39,761 nucleotides of DNA from assembly GCA_002633005.1 (NCBI GenBank), contig NMRA01000027.1, forward strand, positions 940,895-980,655, in the 5' to 3' direction. This stretch comes from Phoronis australis (taxonomy: Eukaryota > Animalia > Phoronida). The translations under genes and the position numbers were made by a program. This document shows positions 22,301-34,300 of this stretch, piece by piece. Under the pieces are notes generated by a model that was not told where the DNA came from, made no database searches, and saw nothing but the letters and a program-made list of their open reading frames with translations. Each line of letters starts with the position of its first letter. Within the stretch, counting starts at the first letter, position 1.

Positions 22301-25300
22301 TCTGTGGAAAAATGTATTGCAGCATGTCGTTCCAGAAGTTACACGTACGCCGGCGTCGAATCTTCAGAGCAGTGTTTCTGTGGGAACTCCGTCGATAAAC
22401 AACGTCAGAGGCCCCAGTCTGAATGCAACATCAAGTGTAGAGGAAGTGACGACATGTGCGGCGGATCTTGGAGATTGAACGTTTATTTTGTCTGTACGCA
22501 GTAGACTGTTTACCCAAGTAGGCCTATAATAGCCGATTGTCATGTTTCGAAACGTCTATCTGACACAAATGTGGGCTCTAGTCGTTGGAAAGTTACCAGT
22601 ACCGATGTTGCGTAGCCATAACTCAACAACAAACTGTTGGCGATCTTTTAAGGAAATGTACAGGCTTTGATTTTACGTAGCACATCCCAAACTGAAGCAG
22701 TACACATACCCGGGCATATGCATTCTTACGCATTTTCCAAATGCTTCCGCTAGCTCTTATTAATTTACAGACTTCCGGTCGATAATGCTTTTGTTTTGTC
22801 AAATTTACCAGGCGAACTGCATGAGTTGTTGGTTATGGATGGGTTACATGTTATTCCCTATTAACTTATTTCAGCTGCAAACACTGGTCCATTGACCGCA
22901 CTAGCAGGTTGTACTCGCAGTTATGGCACCGCCTACAACAGGATACAAGCTTCAGCGATCACGTGCTCAAGTAGCAGAGCCTTTTCAGGGATTGCCTTGC
23001 AGAACGGATACAAGTGAGTTCCCGTATCTTGAACAAAGCGTACACGTGAGACTCCGAAGTAGCCTTTTTTACTGAAGATACATACATGTAGTTGTGCCAC
23101 TAAGTCGCGTCTTAATGTGGAACGAAAATTAGCTAGGATACGCATCTCCGCGGCGAAAACGGGTAGCAGAGAACATGCACTAACTTCGACTGGTTAGATA
23201 GAAACGACAATGAACCACAGCCCGTATTGCAGGGAATACATATGCGTCCTGATGTAATTCATCGCGGATAGAGTTTCTATTTTCCACACTAAACATTGTA
23301 ATTCCCCGTTTTGCTGATTCAATAACATTTCATTTTTGGCTTTCGTTTCTGGCATCATTTAATGAAAATTAAACATTTCGAATTACAAATATTCAAAACA
23401 CAAAACAGAAAAAAACAGTTACCCTCACGTGTATAGAGTGCCTATTTTTTCTAAAATGGTAGCGAATGTGGGTAAGTGCAAATCAATATTTTGACTTTAG
23501 AAAAAAACTTTTGGTTTGATATTTGCGTGGTAAAGTGAACAAACAGTTATTCTCAATACCCCGTTCGCTTCAAAACTTAAACTGTTCACAAGATAACCTG
23601 ACTGTAGTGATACCATGGTTTAGTTACTCAATAAATACAACCCCCTATTTAAACCATTCTTTATACAATTTTAATTCCCCCAAATTTTCAAGTGAGCATC
23701 ATACCAAATGAGCTGAAGACAATCGTATTGGTTTTTTAAACTTTGAAAATAAAGAGCGAGGCTCTTAAAGTTTCCTTCCAACAATGATAACTAGTGTTTG
23801 GATATTCCCATTGAGCCCAGCTTTATTGAAACGTTAAGTCTTTGCATATAATAGATAGGATGACTTCACTACTATGTATAATTTAAAAAACCTCATTTGC
23901 TATATTCAAGAACAGAACTTGCACGTTTCATATCATCCTTACGCCCTAGCGGGATAATAAAAGGCGATTTTATCATTTGGTAAACACACTCCGTCACTGC
24001 TCAGTGGAAGAACTAAATATAGTTTGTCTACAACAACCTCAAAGCTAAAATCATTTAACAAGAGCAACATCCATTCCCAACATTCTCGGCACAATATAGT
24101 AGACTGTGAACATTTGCAAAACAAACTCCCCATTGGTCAATGAAAGAAACAACATTAAAATCGAACACAGGTTTGCCAACAAAAATCCATGCTAAGCAGT
24201 CAAAAACTTTCTCAAAATCAATAAATCCAGCAACATGCGTTTACCAACAATCTCAACACAGTAATGTACATGCATACCACAAACAAGTTAAAACCAAATT
24301 TGTTGTCATGGATCAGTTTGTCAAAACGGCTTTGATACTTTCAGGTCCTGCTGTTGAAACTTACTTATGAGAAACATTAAGCACTTATTTATAAAGACAT
24401 TGGTATGCAAGTGACTACTCTATCACTTTTCCCGTTTGAAAATATGCATAAAGAGGACGTAATGTAAGAAGATTTCTTGTATAGCCCCAGCAGACTTCTA
24501 TCAATTTGTATATTTTTTTAATGTCCAAATACCTACACAGTATGAGTCCAGTAAGAATTTCTGACGCGAGAACATCCTATTACCTTACCATACGTTGATA
24601 AATATTGCATCGGGTGTTACGATATACACTTGCACATGCATGTTATTTCAGATACTGCATGCGTTATGAAGCGAGAGGCGGCGGTTATTACAAAACCAGG
24701 AACCTCGTGAACAACGCCGTCTCAGTGCCATATTACTACTCACAGGTTCTCAACTCCAAGAGAGTTTGTATGGTTTATGACACAGCGCCACCTGTTCACT
24801 GTTCCCAAACATCAAGCTGCTCTGCATCTGCTCCTTATCGAGTGGACCCATTCAGTATTGGAAACAGAATCACCAAAGAGTCTACCATTACGATAGCTTA
24901 CGGTGGTTGGACAGACCCTGTAGCAACACCCGGGTTTCGCGATTCTGCCTCTGGCGTGGAACATTTGGCGTTCGGTCTTTATAATATGGTCGAAAAATCA
25001 CCCACTCTCATTGGAGTTGGTAGCAAAATCGGTGATGACAAGAAAGTGTCCAACGGTGAAGGATCGATACAATTTACCTTTCCCGGACAGGGATTGTTTG
25101 CCATAATTGCAGATGTCAAAGACATAGCAAACAATAACAGAAGGGCTAGGCGCTTCGTGCTTCATGATCCAACGTCAAAAGTTGTTGTCAGTAGCACGCA
25201 TCCGTTAAGGGTGACGTCTGCCGCTGCTAATACCAATTATCTTTGGCAGACGAACCTTGGCAAAGTAAGAGTACAATGGGTCCGACATTTCCACAACGAT

Positions 25301-28300
25301 TTTCACGTTCATAACAACATGCTGGGTCGTATTCAGTCGGACAATGCAGTGTCAGGACATTACGAACAAGATACAGGTGATATCCCAGTGTCGGGGACGC
25401 CGAATATTTACGGAATAATCGAATTTAAATACGGCGTTGGTTTATTTGAAAGCAAACGGATTCCATCGATGTCCCTTGTGATTCCACCACTGTCAACATC
25501 AATGATTATCACGCCGAGTATGCAAGATGGTCGACAATACAGAATATGGGTACAAGCTAAGGATATCATGGGAAACAAGCTTGTAGACAACACGACGGTC
25601 AGCGTTGATTCCACACCCCCAATCATTTCTGAAGCTGGTGTTGTCAATAATGGCAAGAAGTCATTATTTGTTCATAGTGACTCGGACCTGTCGAAGATGA
25701 CCTTTGAATTTAAAGCCATGGACAGCCATAGTGGCCTTCGTGAAGTCAAGTGGAAACTTGGGACATCGACATTAGGCGCCGACATAAGTCAAGGCTCAGT
25801 TCCCGTCATAACGGTAAATTCGCATTATTGAATGATACCGGTATATTGTTCCTCACTTTCATTTTTGAGGTCTGAAAACAAACGATACGATTGCATTATC
25901 TGTAAAGAGATGGTTTTGATGATCCACCCAGGTGATGACGGTAGATGATAATTCGTGAAAGGTGTTATTCTGGTTTAGTAATATCACCAAGTGATGACGC
26001 TGCGGCCGACTATCCAGGTTTTCTCGACATTGATCTTGGCCCAAAATTGCTTACTCGTCTGCAGTGTCGATGATTTCTGATCTCCGGGCTAATAGGCGAT
26101 TGGCTCCGGAACGAGCGTTAGACAGCCCAACACCCTGTCTAATGAGGGTCGGACTAACTCTTGTTCTTCCAGATGGCCTCGTTTGCACCCTTCTCGAGCT
26201 ATCTGCTCTCTTGGTCCAAAATTATAACGTTAATGATTCCAAGATTGTGACGACTAATATTCAGATGCCCACAAACCTTATTAAAGGGTGATTAAAGTCA
26301 ATTGGTTAAAGTGTTCTCACCATGACCCTGTGTCTCAAGAAATTTATTAATACATCTTAAAAGGTTTAATAGCCTTTAGTATACCAGTTGCTAAGAAACA
26401 CGCCACAAATTTTAAAAAGATATTTCTCTGTTATCGGGCTTCTACGTAATGGGTGGAAGACCGTCTCCGCCGTTTTAATTTTTACCAGTGCGATAGGGGG
26501 AGTTGCGAGGAGAAACCGCGGAGAGCCCCCTTTTTCAGTCATGAAAAGTTGCGTTTATGGAGGTTGTAGTAATAACAACTTGACTGAGAACGTCTCTGTG
26601 TTCAGTGTTCCTAAATATGGGAAAGTTTCACAGAAATGTCACCGGTTTGTGTGCGGCACGAGAGTGAGGAATGTCAGTGTGGAACATGTGATCCAGTCGG
26701 GAGCTGCACTTTGTTCTGCACATTTCAAGGAATCGAGTTTCGACCAAACACGAAAGCGGCGTTACGATGAAGCACTCCCCACCTTGTTAGGTTTTTGCAA
26801 ATTTCATACATAACAAACAAAGTGCTTCCATTCTAGGGCGAGTGATGGCAGGCCCTCCGGCTCGACACCGGTCCAGATCGCGTGCTGCGACGTAAAGGCT
26901 TATGGATGGGGTTTAGACCTTGCTCATTCCATCATGGCAATATTGGATACGAGTGACCCAGGTTTACTGTGACCTTTGGCAGTAATCATTAAGTATCTAT
27001 TTTGTGAATATTGACCACCCTTGGTTATAGCTCAGACATGTCTGCCTAGTTCATTCTACCTCAAAGCCGACGAAAGTTCGCTACGTGGGAAATCGAATTC
27101 ATTGTCTGATTATTCAAGTACTTGAGTGTGATGCCCGCATCCAGTCTTGTCTCTGCCTGTACAATAATTGCCCAGTTCTCGCTCAAAATCGCCCTCGTCT
27201 TCTGATCTGTTGTGTTCCGCCATTGTAATTGATTGTCAAGTGGCCAAACGTCTTCCACCCATTACATCATTTGGCGGAAAACTTGGAAATAACTAATTTT
27301 TATTCAAAATTAAAAAAATCGCGACTAATTGGCATAAAACGTGCTTATTTAGATAGATTTGATAGTATTTAATTCATATTAGCTAACTGAAACTTTGAAC
27401 CTCAAAAGCTAAATAATGCATCGTGGGTACTCTTTAATACTGGTCTATATAGAAATGTATACATGCCAACCAGTGTTTGTCCTTTGAGTCCTATCGCCCT
27501 CTATAGTATAAAATCGATGTATCGAGGTATCTGTGTAATCGTGCTGGCAGTATTTGTTCCTACCGATTTTCCTTTTGTCACCTCGTGGTGAATAGGGCCT
27601 CTGTGACTAAGCGCTATCGAACCTTGTTGCTCGCCATCTGTCTTACCTGCCGCATGTTCTATCCGGTTCAACGAAGTTCTGCTTCCATTGTCCTCCTCCA
27701 GGTTTGGACTGGTGCGCCTGGTCGACGACTTCCCTCAGCGCGGGTTCCAGGACAGAGCCTGTTTTGTGATGTTGTCGTCAGGTTTTCTGAGAATGTGTCC
27801 ACCGTACCTCCATTTTCGTCGTTTTATCTGAGTCTCTACACTCTCATGTTGAGTTCTCCGCCAAACCTCTTCGTCTGTGATTGTATCCGACCATTGTATT
27901 TGTTCTTAAGGTCACGTCAAATTTTTAAAAAGTAACTACAGGGCAGTTGATAACTTGGATTTTCTTTCAAATTTATGTGTTTGGAATGATCGGCCTGCTC
28001 CGAAACTGGTTCCGCCGATTGTATACTCTCGGGGTGTCGATGGTTACGACTAACCAACTCCGTGGTCGGGTAATTAACTTTCGAAGTGCTTCGTAATTTA
28101 AAACACTAGGTAAATCTGGCGCAATTGTAATTTTTAATATGGCATATTAATTTTTGACCTAGCCTAAAACGTCGAAAGGACGACATAGTAAATAACAGAA
28201 TAACAAGCTGCGTGTCAACGCAAATGACGTGTAGTGAATACCAATCAGCGTTTTAACCTTTAAAATCCCAACGTTTGTGCAATAGCGTGATGTAAAGGAC

Positions 28301-31300
28301 TGTCTTGGCTTGTTGCACATTTGGGACCAAAGAGTAGCTACAGTATATTACATTTACTTGAAAACAAACGTGGCGTAGGAATACAGATGACACAAAAAGG
28401 TTTAAAAGACTCTCGATTTCGGTGACGAAACGGTATGGCATTGGCTAGCTACCATAAAGTTCATGGGATCGAATCCAAATGGGATTACCTTTACTTCACA
28501 CAAATATTTTAAAAGTAAATCTTAGTTAATGTAGCAGAGGTTATATGCTAACCGCTGGTGACGTATATCTACATAATCTGCCCAAATTGTATAACAAACT
28601 TCCCAGTAGTGCGCAGTGCAGTGAGTAATTGTTTGGATAAAAAAGCTGAATGGTCATCAAATTAGTTACCGTGAGGATTACTTCTGGGTCTTCCAAATGC
28701 AATAAATAAAACATTCAGTTACTTTTACAAACCCAATGGCATTTTCACTAATTTACCAGGGAATGAAAATTCTGGTGGTGCATCCACTCACTTCAGATTG
28801 AGTGACACTTTCCATGCAATTATACGCTGACAGAGAAAATTGCATCCGCATGCAGAGCTGTAATTCATAAAATATCTCTATTCTCATGATATCTTGATGG
28901 TAAAAAAGACAAGATTTGTTTCGAGTCTTTATGATCTATTTTTAAATGGCATAAACTGCATTGTAAAACGGCAAACCTTGCGTGTGAAGTTTCCCAACGC
29001 TGACCTGTAATTTGTAGTTATGTTGTTTCATTTTTGTAGGTTGCCAGTTCTGCTCCCAACAGTTATTGTCCGTTAGCGAGCCTCACAGGTTCCTACTGTG
29101 AAAACTCCCTGTACCGTATAGACCTTAATCATTTAGTTGCGGGCAACAAGCACCAGGCAAACCACAACCGAGAATACTACTTCACATTGACCGCAACAAA
29201 CAACGCCAAGCTTTCCAACAATCCACTCAGTGTCAAGATTCTGATTGACACCTCTCCTCCTGTAGTAGGGGTGGTCTTGGACGGGGACTCTTCCCAGGAC
29301 GTCGAGTTTCAACAGGATTATGACTTAAAGGGAACATGGCACGGCTTTGTGGATCATGAGAGTGACGTACACTTTTACAAGTATGCGTTTGCGCAAACCT
29401 GTCTCACTCAAGAAGAACTGATAAATAGTTCTACTACTACAAGTGCAACAAATGGAAATGGTGTTGCGAGTAAAGATGGCAAGTATTATTTGAGTGTTGT
29501 GGCTTATAACGGTGCCAATGAGCCGTCCGAGGTTGTGTGCTCAAATGGAGTATTAGTTGACATGACAGCACCTCAGATAACCGACTTTTACTTACATGGA
29601 CTACACGTTCATGACGGTATTTTATGTGACAATGGTGCATTCTGGTACGTACTTGACAATTTCACCAGGCTGTCTCTAAGCAACGTAGACCTCTGCCAGA
29701 CAAAGTGTTCATCACCCAAGAACATCGACGTACTTCTCATTCCAAAACTCGTAGACAACAATGGCACCACAGTGTCCTATGACCGTGACAGGAGTCTTAA
29801 AATCTGCAAAGACAAGCCACTCTTTGACTTGTCCTGGCCAAAGTTCATAGCTACTGATCACATTCGTCTTCGATGGAATTCAACCCAAAACACACCAATT
29901 CACGACTACCTAGTAGGTGTAGGTACTATACAACCGCCACAAGTATCCACTCATGGCGCGCGGTTCTATAATGTCCTCAGGTCCGGAATTGACCAAGGTC
30001 AACAGCTAAATATTTTGATAAGGGCCATAACTAAAGATAGAAAGACATCAACCCTATCGTTCGGGCCTATATTTGTTGACGAAACGCCACCAAGGATGTC
30101 TGGACAGCTTATTGTAGATAAAGGATCAAACGCTGGTGATCTACTTTCCGTATCGTGGACTTCTGACACGTTCTTTGATGACGAATATCAGAGCGGAATT
30201 GGACAATATCAATACGCCATAGGTAGGCATCTTGACATATGCAACTAAAATAATACTATATCAATTTAAGGCATGGATCAAACACTGTAACAAAATTGTT
30301 GAGTTTGTTGTTGGATGAAAATTATGAGATGACATACGTTGATCTTACAGTCTTTACTATATTCTCTTTCAATAGGGACCGACAGCAACATTCAGGCCGT
30401 GTCTTCATTCGAAAACTTTCGTCCAAGGACTTCTTGTGGACAGTTCACGTATTGTCTTACAATCAAAAAAGGCCGTATTATGCAACATGACGCCGCATTG
30501 GGACAAAATTACGTAGTTAGTCTAAAGGTCTTCAACAAAGCCGGATTACATAATATTTTTAAATCCGCAACGTTTAGTATGGCACCAGACATTATTCCTG
30601 GTACAGTATTCGATGTTCTGCCAGGGAAGACTGGGTTAGACGTTGACTTCATGTTGTTCGGTCACTACTGCGTCAGTTGGACAGGGTTTAAGACACACTA
30701 TGGAAGTGTGCGATATTCTGTTGGATTGGGCTCCTCCAAGCTCAAATCGGACATTATGGATTATAGGCAAGTCTCGGTTGGAAAGCAGTACATGTGTCTG
30801 AGTACTTCGTCACTACAATCTGATTTTACTGAGGTTTACGCAACTGTTAAAGCAACATCTTCCATTTCCGGGACAAATTCTATAGTCGTGTCATCAGACG
30901 GGGCACTGGTAATTAGCACAAACGTTAACTCGAGTGCTTTCGACGTCTTTGACGGCCTGGGGTGTACGTCTTCTAGTCCACTGGAAGTATTAACGAGTCT
31001 CCTAATTCAGCCCTCTGTATCGAGCAGCTTTCAGTTTAGGTCTTCTGGGATCCTTAGAGTTCGATACACCGTAAAACTGTCCAGTACAGTAGATCTTTCC
31101 AACGTGAAGATGACACAACATGATGTGGAACCTAAAAATACCTTCTTCACGTCTAAGGATGGTACTAGTATGGGGTTCTATACGTTTGAATGGACAAATA
31201 TGCCATATATATTCACGGTCACCAACACAGATTACGCAGAGCGTAACATAACATCTATATCTCTCCTGCTGTGCTCCGTGGACGAGGATTATCAAGCTGG

Positions 31301-34300
31301 AACAACATTCCTAAGTAGCTATTGGCAGACATCAGCAGCTGTTCACGAGAAGGTTTCTCAATACGAATGTTCGGTAGCCGAAGACGCGTGCAATGAGTTG
31401 GGCTGCATTTATGACGATATTCTTGTTCCTTGGACAGCGCAGGGTAAACAACAACATTGTAAATTTAATGGCTTGAAATTGAAACTTGGCTACAGATATA
31501 GATTACTAGTTAGGCCATGTTTCCACCAGGTCTGTCTAAGGCAATCAACATCAGATGGGGTAAAAATTACACCAGGTCATGCAAACGTCGGTGCTATAAC
31601 TGCAAGTGTTAATCTTAATGGAAGTTCTGGTGCATACGTGGCTGAGACATCGGTCCATTGGCAGAGATTTGTTGTTCTGAGCGGAGCCCTTAAAGAACAT
31701 GTCACGCGATACGAATGGACCTTGTCTACAAGTAAATCTGCTAAAGATGCCTTGAACACATGGAGACCTGTATTTAACAAAACCCAGGTAACTTGAAGTT
31801 GACGATGATGATGAAGTCCCCGGCCAATTAGTTGACGATATAATCTGGTGGGACTTGATGTAAATAGATGAGAAATATTGATGTCATCCATCAAATGAGA
31901 TCTCGGGAGCAGTTGGAATTTTGTGCTTAGCATGAAACTCAAAGGGGTACTTTTCATTGTTGTACAGCTTATATTGAAGTTCCATGAAATCTTTGTAGCT
32001 CTCGTTATAAGAAAAATGTTACGGAAGTGAGTTGCCTGTGTTCAATTAGAAATGTACGCAATTAAGGTCACTATATATATCAAGCACAATGTTCAATAAG
32101 CAACACATGTGAGTTAATTTGAAATTGCACCGTTTGTTCAAATGCTCTTTGAAATTCTCCCGTGTGGGAAATATACACTTTTTACTTTTGGTGTAAAGAA
32201 AATCGGCACTTGAAACATGTGTGGCTAACAAAGATTCAACAGATAATATTTGCCTTTCACTCTTTATCCAACACCGAAGCAAATCATAAAACGGGTATCA
32301 TTTCTACCTCAAGTTAACGGTAAAATGACAATTTAAATGTTTATAGTCTCAGCCAACACCAACGCTGTCCATTTTCCAAATTTACGTCTCCTGGATGCAA
32401 CATATATCATTTAATCCCACATTAAACCTTCTTACAGGATTTTGCATTACTTCCATGGAAAAGCCACCGACTAAAGGCGATGTACCTACTCATAACTGGC
32501 TATTCTAACGCAAATGTGGCGACACGTCAAATTAAGAAGATCGACATTGAAAAAGACCCATCCACAGTTGTAGATAATGCTGTTCACGATTTAAGCAAGG
32601 CGGACATTGATCGATTCAGACAAATAGTTCATGCAAAAAATATGCAAACAAAAAATCTGAAAGAATTGCATAACGCTGAAGTCGACTTTACCAACATGAC
32701 AGACAAAGCATACGCTCTATTCGCTGGACCTTGGTACGATAGGTACACTTGGATTTTGACAACGGAAGCTGATCCAAGTCTGGATTGTTCAATCAGTCCT
32801 CACTGTTTAGCGTCAGTGAACAACACTCAAAATCATGTCGAGTTCACAGCAAATCTTGTTCACGGCCGGAAATATTTCACCTGCCTTTGGACAGAGCCTC
32901 AAACAAGACGGCGTACTACTCACACTGAGGAACTACCCGCAGTGAGACTTTGTAGTAACGGGTTTACTATCGACACAATGTCTCCAGTTAATGAACAATT
33001 GTCTCTTCTGTCTTTGAGCAGTAACACATTTGGAGCGCACTTCAGTAGATTCAGCGACATTATTGAATTCCAGTTCAAGTTCAAAGACCTCGAGGACAGT
33101 GTCCCAGGGTTATCATCGGGCATAAAAAACCATCGTTATTACATAGGTGAGTAGAGCTTGTGACTTTCAGAGTTTACAAATAAAGACACATTTGTGTATC
33201 GAATTATCAACACTAATAAGGATAATTCAAATGACAAAGTGAGTCACTCTGAATGATGACATGTACAGCAAACGGCTATTGCACGCTATTATTTGATAAC
33301 CACGTTTGGAGTTTAAATGATCAGTCATTTTGCACTGTTATGTTTTACGCATATGGTTGACAGGGACTTCCGTTGACCAATATGAAGTGGCCAATAAAAC
33401 TAGCACAGGACTCCAAACACACGTCATTGTTGAGAACGTAGCGTTGGTCAGTGGAAAACAGTATTTCGTTACTGTTGAAGGTGAGTGTGATTACAATAAA
33501 TGTGCGCGTCATTATTCGCTTTCTACTTTCCACTTCCCTTGTATATCTATATGTTTTTGTATGAGTAGACTGTAGTGATATATATAACAGCAGTACGCCA
33601 TTTTGTTTCAATACATGCACGCTTGATTATTAAAAGCATATATCGTTCTTGAGTAAAAATGCCAATTGAACAGAAATAGAGAATTCTACACGAGTCTCAG
33701 GTTTTTGACATGGTCAAAACCTCTTGGAAATTTCGTCAAAATCTCTCGGCTTGATTTGTTTTCTCACATGAGCCGTAAAAACGATTTTTGCCAAAAAACT
33801 CGACGTGCGTTAAACTTTCAAACACATGACGCATCTTTGGTAAAAACACGCTTGCGCAATGTAAAGTAATTCATTTACTTTTTGTTAATAACTTTATTAT
33901 AAGCTTAACAATTGTAAATTGCATTCAGCTTTCGCAGCAAATATTCAAGTTAGAATCTAATAACTAGTTTTTGAAGTTGTAATATTAAAATTTCTAAAAA
34001 TTATAAATAACAGTCAGCAAGGCTTCCCCGCGCGTGAGCGCTATATTGACCTTGAGACAGCTCGGCTAGATAGTCTCGCCGCGTTTCTTGAGTGAACGTC
34101 TCCGTTTAAGTGAACGTGGATATGGAATTCGCCGCCAAAGATGAGTCCGCTTAAGAAGAGATTTCTTACATGACCTGGAACGTGTTACGACACCACTGGT
34201 TAATAACAACGAGTACCTAATTTTTGATGTTGCATGGGCGAATCACAAAGTAGTGCAAAGTAAACATCCATACGCCTTACATTTTGTCGTCTACAAAACA

